From an uncultured Alphaproteobacteria bacterium (GTDB lineage: Bacteria; Pseudomonadota; Alphaproteobacteria; Sphingomonadales; Sphingomonadaceae), in contig CAVYKA010000005.1 in assembly GCA_963768995.1 (NCBI GenBank), positions 17,513 through 81,512 of the forward strand: a DNA stretch of 64,000 bases, read 5' to 3'. This document shows, in pieces, positions 34,682 to 44,360 of the stretch (position 1 is the first letter of the stretch; every line of letters begins with the position of its first letter). Made by a program: the position numbers and the translations under genes. The notes below the pieces were generated by a model. The model was not told the DNA's origin, did no database searches, and was given only the letters and a program-made list of their open reading frames with translations.

Positions 34682-35855
34682 ATTGGCCGGCGCGGCGGAA
34701 GCGGTAGCGGCCGCGCACCGGCGTTGCCTGGTACGTCTGGCCGGAGCTGCACGCGACCTTGTAAACGCCGGCGCCGGCGCCCTCCACACTGGTGGTCGAA
34801 ACGACCGACCCGCATGGATAGCCGATCCGCGCGATCGTTCGCGCGATCACGCTATTGGGCAGTGGCAACTTCGCCGCGACCGCCGTCGGGGCGGCGGTTT
34901 CGGGCTCGGCCTGAGCATCGCTGGCGCTTACTGGCGCAGTTGCGGCTAGCCCGCTGTCCGCCACCTGAGTGCGTTCGGCCGGCCGCGCAATCGAGGCTTC
35001 GGCCTGGCGCGTTGCGCGCTCGCCCTTCGCGCCAGCCGAAGGCGCCGGCATCCGTCCTGGCGTCTCATTTTGCCTGAGCGCCACCTGGGGGACGGGGGCC
35101 GGCGTTGCCGCGGAGCTGTCAGCTTCCGGCGCGGCCGCTGGAAGGGCGACGGTGAGGCCGCGCTTGGGCGGGGCTGGCTGCTGGTCGCGATCGTCGGCCG
35201 ACGCTCCGGCAATCGCCCCGATCAGCCCGGCGGCAAGGACTGCGCCCAAGCCGATGAGGGCCGGCCGCTTCAAATCGAGCGGGCGGGGTTCGGCGTCGAG
35301 CCACATATCTGCGCCGTGGCCGGGCGCAGCCGGCGGGCCCTCCTCGACGGGCGCTACGGCCGCCGCCGGCGGATCCGGCTGCGGCGACGGTTGCGGGGCC
35401 GCCTCGCTCGCGACTTCGGCGGCGATGGGTCGCGCCAGGTCGCGAAGCGACGAGCTGATGAACGACGCGACCCTCGGCTCGGCCGATGGTCCCTGACCCG
35501 CATCGCTCGGCGCATCGGCAGGCGAGGGGACGTCCTTGTCGATGACGTCTGCCTTCGCTAGCGGCGCCCATCGCGAACCCGTCAGGCCCGGGCTGCTCCA
35601 GCCGACGCCCCCGACCTTCCACTGGCCGCTGCTCGGTTCGGGGCGAAGTCCGAGCGTACGGTCATAGGCGCGCCGCTTGTCGGGGTTGCGAAGGACTTCG
35701 AACGCGGCGCTGACGCTTGCTGCGGCAACCACCGGGTGAGCGCCGAACATGCCCATCATCCGTGCAAAGGCGCGGCGTATCTCGTCGTCGGTAGCGCTCG
35801 GCGAAAGCCCGAGCGTCTCATAGTGGTTCGGCCGTGAGCGTACCGCGGTGACCAT
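34680..35855 (-). CDS. J-domain-like membrane protein
   Basis: NHYETLGLSPSATDDEIRRAF...AFEVLRNPDKRRAYD; Pro/Ala linkers; TM ALIGLGAVLAAGLIGAIAG; C-terminal two-Cys domain. Confidence 0.72.
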   Translation of the reverse strand: MVTAVRSRPNHYETLGLSPSATDDEIRRAFARMMGMFGAHPVVAAASVSAAFEVLRNPDKRRAYDRTLGLRPEPSSGQWKVGGVGWSSPGLTGSRWAPLAKADVIDKDVPSPADAPSDAGQGPSAEPRVASFISSSLRDLARPIAAEVASEAAPQPSPQPDPPAAAVAPVEEGPPAAPGHGADMWLDAEPRPLDLKRPALIGLGAVLAAGLIGAIAGASADDRDQQPAPPKRGLTVALPAAAPEADSSAATPAPVPQVALRQNETPGRMPAPSAGAKGERATRQAEASIARPAERTQVADSGLAATAPVSASDAQAEPETAAPTAVAAKLPLPNSVIARTIARIGYPCGSVVSTTSVEGAGAGVYKVACSSGQTYQATPVRGRYRFRRAGQ

Positions 35856-36115
35856 TGCTGTTCCCTTCCCCGAATCGCGCGGCATTTTTCTGGCCGGCGG
35901 ACCGATTCCCAAGCCTCGGAGCTTCCGCCTTTTCCTGGCGAATGCCAGCTCCGCTCGGCGACGGACTCCACCGATTGGTCGGCAATGCCCGGCCCGCGAA
36001 ACAGTTAAGCCAAAAGTAAATGGACCGGCGCCGTGCGACTCGGACCTGCAATGACGGGCTTTGTCCCGCGGCGATTCAGCGCTAAGCTAGGCGCGTGCAA
36101 TTTGGGGGCAAAAGC

Positions 36116-37120
36116 ATGAAAACCATCCGCAATCTCGCGCTCGCCGGGCTCCTGCTGGCCGCTGTGCCGGCACCGCTGCTCGCCCAGGGCGCGAAGTCCT
36201 CGGCGCAATTGAAGCTCGCCCGGCAGGCGGAGAAACTCAAGCCGGGCGAGTTCGTCTTCGCGCCGCAGATTGCGCCCAAGGGGCCTGTGCTGGTCTATGT
36301 CGACCTCGGCCGCCAGCGCGCGACCGTCTACCGCAACGGCGTGCGGATCGCCGTTTCGACCATCTCCTCGGGTAAGCCCGGCCATTCGACTCCGACGGGC
36401 GTCTTCACCATCCTCCAGAAGAATAAGGACCACCGCTCGTCGACCTACGACAACGCGCCGATGCCCTACATGCAACGGCTGACCTGGATGGGCGTCGCGA
36501 TGCACGCCGGCAATTTGCCCGGCTATCCCGCCAGCCACGGCTGCGTCCGCCTGCCGATGGAATTCGCCAAGAAGCTGTTCACGATTACGCCGATGGGCGG
36601 CACGGTGGTCATCGCCGGCGGCCACGAAGACCCGATCAAGCGCCCGGTCGCGGGCGTGCTCGCGCCGGTCATGGCCGGAGTCAGCAAGGCGCCGCGCATG
36701 CCGCTGGCGCCCACCGGCGAATTCAGCTGGAACGCGGCCGCCTCGCCGAGCGGGCCAGTGTCGATCATCATTTCGACCGGCGACCAGCAAGTGGTCGTGT
36801 TGCGCAACGGCGTCGAGATCGGGCGCGCCCATGCGGTGGTCGCTCAGGAAACCACCGAATCCCAGGTGATGACGCTGTCTGGCGGGCCGAAGCCGGAATG
36901 GATCCAGGTCGGCGTCGGCGAGCTCACCGGCGAGCCCGCCGAGATCATTTCGACCGAGCGCGTCGAGCAGATGCATCTGCCCGCCGAGTTCGTGAAGAAT
37001 ATGCGATCGGTGATGACGCCCGGCACCACCGTCCTCGTCACGCAGGCGAGCGTCAACGCCGACTCGACCGGCGTGCAGCAGACGGTGATGGACACAAGCG
37101 ACGCCAAGGCGACGAATTAG
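36116..37120 (+). CDS. L,D-transpeptidase (YkuD family)
   Basis: Signal peptide; TPTGVFTILQK, APMPYMQRLTW, HAGNLPGYPASHGCVRL. Confidence 0.9.
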   Translation: MKTIRNLALAGLLLAAVPAPLLAQGAKSSAQLKLARQAEKLKPGEFVFAPQIAPKGPVLVYVDLGRQRATVYRNGVRIAVSTISSGKPGHSTPTGVFTILQKNKDHRSSTYDNAPMPYMQRLTWMGVAMHAGNLPGYPASHGCVRLPMEFAKKLFTITPMGGTVVIAGGHEDPIKRPVAGVLAPVMAGVSKAPRMPLAPTGEFSWNAAASPSGPVSIIISTGDQQVVVLRNGVEIGRAHAVVAQETTESQVMTLSGGPKPEWIQVGVGELTGEPAEIISTERVEQMHLPAEFVKNMRSVMTPGTTVLVTQASVNADSTGVQQTVMDTSDAKATN

Positions 37121-37281
37121 CGGGCGAGCTTGCGCTCACAATTCAATGACGGCGACAGTGGTCGTTTGAGCACAGTTGCGGAATTTTCAGTGACTTTGAA
37201 GACTCGATGACTTGCGCACTTTCGAGTGAAGGCTAGCCTCGCAATATTGGGCCGCAGTTGCGCGGCCGGCGGGGGGTTTTC

Positions 37282-39096
37282 ATGACCAAGACATTCTGCG
37301 CTCGTCTTTTGTTGTTCGCTGGAGTGGCGGCTTTGTCCGCACCGGTCGCCGCGCAACGTGTCGACAGCATTGTGGCGTTCGGGGACAGCTATGCTGACGA
37401 TGGCAACGCTTTCGAGCTCGGACTGGTGCCGGCGCAGCTGTTGCCCTTATATCCGACGAAGCGCTTCACGGGCGGCGAAAATTACGTCGATGTTCTTGCC
37501 GAATTGCTCGATGTGCCGGTCGAAAATTTCGCCATCGGCGGTGCCACGGCCAACCCTGTTTTCCTGTTTGAGGTCGGCACCTATCTGGCCGGCGGCGGGG
37601 GCGTCTTCCCGGTCGTCAGCCCGACTCTCGACCAAGGCGACCTTGTCACCGTCTCAATCGGCGGGAACGATGCGCGCGCCTACGGCAATCTTCCGGGCGC
37701 AACCGTGGAAGGTGCAGCGGCCGCCAGTGTGCCGGCGGTTGCGGCGACCACCGCTGGCCTCGACGCTCTCGTCAACGCGGGCGCAAGCACGATCAGCTTC
37801 CTGGCCGGCGATACTGGCGAGCTGCCCGAAGTCGCCGCCAATCCTGCGGTTGCAGCGATCCGCTCGGCCTATTCCAGTGCATTCAACCTCGGGGTGCAAA
37901 ATGCCCTCGCCGGTTACGCCGCCGATGGCGTGATCGTCCATTATCTCGACCTTTCGGCGCTCCTTGCGAACGTCGAGGCCAATCCGCAGGCCTACGGCTT
38001 GAGCTCGATCACCTGTCCCGCCTTCCCTGATCCGACGTGCCTTCTGAATGGCGGAACGGGCTATCTGTTCTACGGCGATTTGCTTCATCCGACCTCGCAA
38101 GGGTCGGCAATCATCGCTCATTACATCGCCACACAGCTTGACGGTCCGCTGATCCTTCAGGGACCGAGCGAGACCGCGCTCGCCACCGGTTTTCAGTTCG
38201 GACGGACATTGCGCAATCGAGCGGACGTTGCACGGTCGCCGGCGGCCGCTGGCATCCAGGGGATTGAGTGGTTCGCCATCGGCGACGCCTTCTCGCGTGA
38301 CCTCAATGAAACGGATTCCACCGATGAGGCCGACGTCAATGGCGGTGGCGGAACCGTGGGCATGAGCTACCGCTTCGGCAACTCGGTGGTCGGCCTCGCG
38401 GGTAACTACTCGCGCGTCCGCAACCGCTTCTCCAGGGATACCGCCCGCAGCAAGATGAGCGCGTGGCAGATCGGCGCATTCGCCGGCTTTGGCGGGCCCA
38501 ACCTCTTCGCCGAAGGCCATGTCGGTTACGGCAAGGACGATCATGACTTGCGCCGCGAGGGCGTGGTCGAGGACCTCGATGCGTCGCCCGACGGGTCGCA
38601 CTGGGTCGCCGGAGCGAAGGCCGGCTATCTGATCGACATGACCTTGCCGCTGCTTGGCGCGATGCGCGCCGGACCTGTCGGCGCAGTCGAGTACGTCAAG
38701 GCCAGGGTCGACGATTATGCCGAAGAAGGTGACGCGGTGCTGAACCTCAATGTCAGTAGTGTCACAGCCAAGTCGTTCGTCGGCAGCATCGGCGCCGAAG
38801 TCCGCAGGAGCTTCGGTGACGGGCCGGGCGCCTTGCAGCTGTTTTCCACCACGGTGATCGAGAAGGAGCTGTCCGGCAACGCGGACACCGTCCATTTCGC
38901 GCAGCAGAGCGCGCCGATCATCGTCAATCGCTGGGACTTCCAGAAGCGGTCGCGCAAGGCCTATGCCCGCTTCTCGACCGGCGGCAGCGTGCGCGTGCTC
39001 GACAGGCTCGGCCTCGATTTCCTGATTTCGAGCACCACCGGGCGAAAGGACGGCCTCGACTTGTCGGCACAGGTCGGACTGCGGACCAGCTTCTAG
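37282..39096 (+). CDS. SGNH/GDSL esterase autotransporter (EstA-like)
   Basis: Signal peptide, FGDSYAD, SIGGND, DLLHPT; C-terminal beta-barrel-like region ending in F. Confidence 0.85.
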   Translation: MTKTFCARLLLFAGVAALSAPVAAQRVDSIVAFGDSYADDGNAFELGLVPAQLLPLYPTKRFTGGENYVDVLAELLDVPVENFAIGGATANPVFLFEVGTYLAGGGGVFPVVSPTLDQGDLVTVSIGGNDARAYGNLPGATVEGAAAASVPAVAATTAGLDALVNAGASTISFLAGDTGELPEVAANPAVAAIRSAYSSAFNLGVQNALAGYAADGVIVHYLDLSALLANVEANPQAYGLSSITCPAFPDPTCLLNGGTGYLFYGDLLHPTSQGSAIIAHYIATQLDGPLILQGPSETALATGFQFGRTLRNRADVARSPAAAGIQGIEWFAIGDAFSRDLNETDSTDEADVNGGGGTVGMSYRFGNSVVGLAGNYSRVRNRFSRDTARSKMSAWQIGAFAGFGGPNLFAEGHVGYGKDDHDLRREGVVEDLDASPDGSHWVAGAKAGYLIDMTLPLLGAMRAGPVGAVEYVKARVDDYAEEGDAVLNLNVSSVTAKSFVGSIGAEVRRSFGDGPGALQLFSTTVIEKELSGNADTVHFAQQSAPIIVNRWDFQKRSRKAYARFSTGGSVRVLDRLGLDFLISSTTGRKDGLDLSAQVGLRTSF

Positions 39097-39176
39097 CTGC
39101 TAACGGCATACGGCGGCGGTCCCTTGCAGGGGCCGCCGGACCCCTTGCCGGGTGTGATCTAAGGCGTTGAAATGGC

Positions 39177-39252
39177 TGGTGGAGCTGAGGAGGATCGAAC
39201 TCCTGACCTCTGCAGTGCGATTGCAGCGCTCTCCCATCTGAGCTACAGCCCC
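39177..39252 (-). tRNA. tRNA-Ala(CGC)
   Basis: GGGGCTGTAGCTCAGATGGGAGAGCGCTGCAATCGCACTGCAGAGGTCAGGAGTTCGATCCTCCTCAGCTCCACCA; 76 nt, G3:U70, CCA encoded. Confidence 0.96.
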
Positions 39253-39444
39253 GCGTCCCAGCCAGGACGGGGCCCGATGCGCCATCGGGCCCGGGAGAGC
39301 GGCTCCACTACCTGCGAATTTTGGCCCGTGCAACGCGCTTGTCGCGTGGCACTCATCCCGCGCGTCAACGCGCTTGTCGGGCCGCTCATTTGTCCCGCCG
39401 CCGCGTCGCTCCGCCGCATTGCCCGGCGATTACCTGCGCCAGCC

Positions 39445-39470
39445 GGAACAGCCGACGCCGGATGTTCGTT
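39445..39470 (+). promoter_or_regulatory. EcfG/sigmaT-type general-stress promoter
   Basis: GGAAC (39445-49), 17-nt spacer, CGTT (39467-70). Confidence 0.6.
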
Positions 39471-39475
39471 TCCCA

Positions 39476-39596
39476 CCCCGCGACCGACCAAGTCGAAACG
39501 ATTACAGCCTCCACATGGCGGAGGCGGGCGGCCCGGCCTCCAGCCCGGGCCAATACAGGCCCGGCGGTGTTTCCCCTTCACCGCCGGGCCTTTTTC
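39476..39596 (+). ncRNA. Candidate small regulatory RNA
   Basis: Between EcfG-type promoter and terminator; hairpins GCCTCC/GGAGGC, GGCCCGG-CCTCCAGC-CCGGGCC, 13-bp stem with TTTCCCCTT loop plus T-tract. Confidence 0.5.
39557..39596 (+). terminator. Intrinsic terminator
   Basis: AGGCCCGGCGGTG-TTTCCCCTT-CACCGCCGGGCCT-TTTTC. Confidence 0.75.
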
Positions 39597-39680
39597 ATCA
39601 GCGCTTTTGAATCCGCCGCGCCGCGCCTATCGCCGATCCGATCGCTCCGCGTCTTTCGCGCAGTTTGAAAGGATTTGATC

Positions 39681-40680
39681 ATGGCCCGCGCCTGGCACCT
39701 CAAGAGCCGCCCCGAGGGGCTTCCGACCGACGACAATTTCGCGCTTCAGGATGTCGCCTTGCCGGCGCCTGGCAAAGGCATGGTCCATGTCCGCAACCGC
39801 TGGCTGTCGGTCGATCCCTACATGCGGGGGCGGATGAACGACGTCAAAAGCTACGTCCCGCCGTTCGCAATCGATGCGCCAATGGATGGCGGCGCGGTCG
39901 GCGAGGTCGTCGCCAGCAAGGCCGCAGGCTTCGCCGCGGGCGACCTCGTGATCCACATGTCCGGCTGGCGAGACGAGGCCGTGCTGCCGGCTGAAGCGCT
40001 GACCAAATTGCCCGATCTCGGCGTGTCCCCCGCAGGCATTCCTCGGCCATCTCGGCCTGACCGGCGGCACCGCTTATTTCGGCCTGCTCGACGCTGCTTC
40101 GGCCAAAGCCGGCGACGTCGTGTTCGTCTCAGCCGCGGCGGGTGCGGTCGGCTCGGCGGCGGTGCAGATCGCCAAGGCCAAGGGCATGATCGTGATCGGC
40201 TCGGCGCGCGGCCCGGACAAATGCGATTTCGTCCGCTCGCTCGGCGCCGACGCGGCGGTCGATTACACCGCCGGCCCGCTGCTTGGATCGCTCGCCGCCG
40301 CGGCTAAGTCGGTTGGGAGCGGCGGCATCGACGTTTATTTCGACAATGTCGGCGGCAATCACCTGGACGCCGCGTTCGCCCTTGCGCGGCGGGATGCGCG
40401 CTTCGCCATTTGCGGGATGATCGGGGGCTACAACAAGGGCGAGCCGGCGCGTTTTCGTTACATCATGCGCATAATCGCAATGCGCATCCGCCTGCAGGGC
40501 TTCATCTTCACCGATTATCAGCCGCGGATGGGCGAATTCTACAGCGAGATGGGCCCGTGGCTCGCCAACGGCGCGGTCAAGTCGCACGACACGGTCGTCG
40601 ACGGCCTCGAAGCGATGCCGGGCGCGTTCCGCGGCCTGTTCAGCGGTGCCAACACCGGCAAAATGCTCATCCGGCTTTAG
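39681..40680 (+). CDS. NADP-dependent oxidoreductase (MDR, CurA/PTGR-like)
   Basis: WLSVDPYMRGRM, VSAAAGAVGS, YFDNVGG, NTGKMLI; one frameshift near 40035. Confidence 0.9.
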
Positions 40681-40689
40681 GACTCCAGC

Positions 40690-41566
40690 TCAGAAGCTGC
40701 ACTTCGCCGGGTCGCCCGACTGCATCCCCAGCCGAAGCGCCGCCAGCCGCTGCGCCGAGGTGCCGTGGGTGAAGCTTTCGGGGACGATCGTGCCCTGCGT
40801 CTGGCGCTGCAGCGTGTCGTCGCCGATCGCTTCGGCGGCGCGCATCGCTTCCTCGGCATCGCCGGGCTCGATGATCGTGCCCTGCGCGTCGCGCGCATTG
40901 GCCATCCACACGCCCGCATAGCAATCGGCCTGGAGCTCGACCTTGACCTGAAGCGCATTGCCCTCGGCCTTGCCGGCGCGCGCCTGGGCGCTCTGCGCCT
41001 GGTCGAGCGTGCCGTCGAGGTGCTGCAGATGGTGCCCGACCTCATGCGCGATGACATAGGCCATGGCCGCGTCGCCGGCCGCTCCGAACCGCGTCGACAG
41101 CTCGTTGAAGAAGCCCGGGTCGATGTAGATGCTGCGGTCGTTGGGGCAGTAGAAGGGCCCCATCGCGGCCTGGCCGAAGCCGCAGCCGGTCTGCGTCCCG
41201 CGAGAGTAAGCGACCATCGTCGTCGGCGTATACCGCTGGTTCGACCTGGCAAAGATTTCCCCCCAGGTTTCCTCGGTCGATCCGAGCGTGCGGGTCAGGA
41301 AATCGCGCATGTTCGGGTCGAGCGTCGATTTGCCGGATGGCGCTGATGTCGTCGGGCCGCCGCCGCCGAGCAACGCCGCCGCCGCCGCCGCCTAGTGACT
41401 GCAGCGCGCAATAGCCAAGCAGCAATATGATCACGCCGACGATGCCGAACCGGCTCATCACCAGTGGCAGCAGGCAACCGAGCATACCGCTACCGCCGCC
41501 ACCGAAACCGCCGCCGCCTGTCCGGTCCTGGAAATTCCCGCTCGGGCCTTCGCCGCCTAGCCGCAT
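40690..41566 (-). CDS. Neutral zinc metallopeptidase (YpfJ-like)
   Basis: GPFYCPND, YVIAHEVGHH (HExxH), ELQADCYAG, IGDDTLQ, ESFTHGTS. Confidence 0.9.
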
Positions 41567-41651
41567 CGCTCATTCCTCCTGTTGCGCAGCCGAAATGCTT
41601 GGCGGGCCGCTGCGGTTGCATTTCTCTGCCCGCGCCGCGAGGACATTGTCC

Positions 41652-42420
41652 ATGATTCTCCACGGCAAGGTTGCGCTGGTCACCGGATCGACCTCGGGCA
41701 TCGGCCTGGCGATCGCGCGCGCGCTTGGCCGCGAGGGCGCGAAGCTGATGCTCAACGGGTTCGGCCCGCCCGAAGACATCGCGCGGCTGAGCGAGGAGCT
41801 TGGCGCGGTTCACGACGGCGCCGACCTGTCGAAGCCGGCCGAAATCGAAGCGATGATCGAGCGCTGCGGCGACACGCTCGGGCCGCCCGACATCCTGGTC
41901 AACAATGCCGGGATCCAGCACGTCTCGCCGGTCGACACATTCCCGCCCGACAAATGGGACGCGATCATCGCGGTCAATTTGACCGCGCGCGTTCCACACC
42001 ATCCGCCTTGCGCTGCCGGCGATGAAGGCGCGCGGCTGGGGCCGCATCGTCAACACCGCCTCCGCCCACAGCCTCGTCGCGAGCCCCAACAAATCGGCCT
42101 ATGTCGCGGCCAAGCACGGCATCGCCGGCCTGACCAAGAGCGTCGCGCTGGAGGCTGCGCGCGACGGCGTCACGGTCAATTGCATATCGCCCGGCTACGT
42201 CTGGACCGAGCTCGTCGAGCGCCAGATTCCAGACACGATGAAAGCGCGCGGCCTGACTCACGATGAGGTCGTCAACGACGTCCTCCTCGCCGCCCAGCCG
42301 ACCAAGCGGTTCGTCACCCCGGACGAGGTCGCGGCGCTCGCCTTGTTCCTGTGCCGCGAAGAAGCCGCGTCGATCACCGGCGCCAATTTGAGCATGGACG
42401 GCGGATGGACCGCGCAATGA
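41652..42420 (+). CDS. bdhA: D-3-hydroxybutyrate dehydrogenase (SDR)
   Basis: VTGSTSGIG, NNAGIQHV, ASAHSLVASPNKSAYVAAKHG, MDGGWTAQ. Confidence 0.88.
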
Positions 42421-43053
42421 GCCGCGCGCTCTTCCTCGCCGGGTTACTGGTCCTTTCCGGCTGCAACGCCATCCGCCAGCCGGCGACGATGATTTCCGAC
42501 TGGACCACCGACTGGCGAAGCGTGGTCACGCCCGCCGACCGTGCCCGGCTGCGCGACTGGCGCGACGCGTTCGCTGACGGGCTCGCCGCCGCGCGCAAGG
42601 CTGGCCACGGTGGCGAGATCGCGCGCGAAGGCGCGTTGCTTGAGCCCGATGCCGCGCTCGGCGGCCCGATCCCCAACGGCGATTATTCGTGCCGCATCAC
42701 CAAGCTCGGCGCCAAAGCCACGGGCCTGCTCGATTATGTGGCTTACCCGGCCTACCGCTGCCGCGTGACCGCCGACCGCGAGCTGCAGCGGCTGGCCAAG
42801 ACAGGCGGCTCGCAGCGCGTCGTCGGACTCATTTTCCCGGCCGACGCGATGCGCCAGGTTTTGCTCGGCACGCTGGTCCTCGGCGACGAACGGCGTGCGC
42901 TCCAATATGGGCAGGACGCGACCCGCGACGTGGCCGGGTACATCGAGCGCATCGGCCCCGACTCGCTGGCGGCTGATCATGCCGCGCCCCAATTTCGAAT
43001 CCCAGCTCGATGTGATGGAGCTGGTCCCGCTATCGCAAGGAACATCGCCATGA
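42417..43053 (+). CDS. DUF4893-like lipoprotein
   Basis: LSGC lipobox; GDYSCRITKLG, YPAYRCRV, KTGGSQR, RWRL, SQLDVMELV; frameshift near 42960 fuses it to next ORF in track. Confidence 0.65.
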
Positions 43054-44360
43054 AAAAGCTCCTGCTCGCGGCTGTCGCAATGACCGCGGCTGCGCCCGTC
43101 CATTCCGCCACCCTCGCCAGCGCGATCCGTGGCGACATGCCGGAATTGATGACCATCTACCGCGACCTGCACGCCAACCCGGAACTCAGCCGCCGTGAGA
43201 CTCGCTCGGCCGCCATCCTCGCCGCCCAGGCGCGCAAGCTCGGCTATCAGGTGACCGAGAAGGTCGGCGGGACCGGCGTCGTCGCGGTGATGAAGAACGG
43301 CGCCGGGCCGACGGTATTGATCCGCGCCGACATGGACGCGCTGCCGGTCGAGGAGAAAACCGGGCTGCCGTTCGCGTCCAAGGTGCGGACCAAGACCGAC
43401 ACCGGGCTCGACACCTCGGTGATGCACGCCTGCGGCCACGACACGCACATGACGGCGTGGATCGGCGTCGCCCGGCGGATGGCGGCAATGAAGGATCAAT
43501 GGTCGGGGACGCTGGTGCTCATCGGGCAGCCGGCGGAGGAAGTCGGCGCAGGGGCGCAGGCGATGCTCGCCGACGGGCTGTACACCCGCTTTCCCAAGCC
43601 CACGCACGCGCTCGCCTTCCACGACAGCGCGAGCCTTCCAGCCGGCGCGATCGGGGTCACGCCGGGCTATGCGCTGGCGAACATCGACGCGGTCGACATC
43701 CTCGTCAAAGGCGTCGGATCGCATGGCGCGGCGCCCAATCTCGGCAAGGATCCGGTGGTGCTCGCCAGCCGCATCGTGCTCGCCCTGCAAACACTCGTCA
43801 GCCGGGAAATCGACCCGCGCTCCCCGGCGGTGGTGACCGTCGGCAGCTTCCATGCCGGGACCAAGCGCAACATCATTTCCGATGAGGCGAAGCTCGAGCT
43901 GACGGTGCGCAACTACGATCCCGAAACGCGCAAGCTTCTGCTCGACGGGATCAAGCGCATCGCGCGCGGCGAGGCGATCGCCGCCGGAATGCCCGACGAC
44001 AAGATGCCGGTCGTCACGGTGCGCGAGGATGAGCGCGGCAACGCGACCTATAATGACGAAGGTCTCGCCAACCATGCGCTCGGCCTGTTCAAGACGCGGT
44101 TCGGAGAGCGGGCGAGCCTGCAGCGGCCGGTCATGGTCAGCGAGGATTTCGGCGAGCTCGCGACCCGCGACAGCGGCATCAAGGGGCTGATTTTCTGGGT
44201 TGGGGGCGTGCCCAAGGCCAAGTGGGACGCCGTCGGCGGCGACCCTGCCAAACTGGTCTCGCTCCATTCGCCTTTCTGGGCGCCTGATGCCGAAGCGGTC
44301 ATCGCGACCGCGACCGAAGCAATGACCGAGCTCGCGCTCGACACGCTCAAGAAAAACTAG
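43050..44360 (+). CDS. M20 amidohydrolase, exported
   Basis: Signal peptide; HANPELS, RADMDALP, MHACGHDTH, QPAEE, SEDF. Confidence 0.9.
   Translation: MKKLLLAAVAMTAAAPVHSATLASAIRGDMPELMTIYRDLHANPELSRRETRSAAILAAQARKLGYQVTEKVGGTGVVAVMKNGAGPTVLIRADMDALPVEEKTGLPFASKVRTKTDTGLDTSVMHACGHDTHMTAWIGVARRMAAMKDQWSGTLVLIGQPAEEVGAGAQAMLADGLYTRFPKPTHALAFHDSASLPAGAIGVTPGYALANIDAVDILVKGVGSHGAAPNLGKDPVVLASRIVLALQTLVSREIDPRSPAVVTVGSFHAGTKRNIISDEAKLELTVRNYDPETRKLLLDGIKRIARGEAIAAGMPDDKMPVVTVREDERGNATYNDEGLANHALGLFKTRFGERASLQRPVMVSEDFGELATRDSGIKGLIFWVGGVPKAKWDAVGGDPAKLVSLHSPFWAPDAEAVIATATEAMTELALDTLKKN

Noticed and set aside
39172-39678. Protein-coding ORFs in the tRNA-Ala/oxidoreductase spacer
   Set aside because: They overlap the tRNA and terminator and lack RBS or motifs; a non-coding reading fits better
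42351-44360. DUF4893-amidohydrolase fusion
   Set aside because: Frameshift near 42960; the amidohydrolase has its own signal peptide and ATGA overlap at 43050
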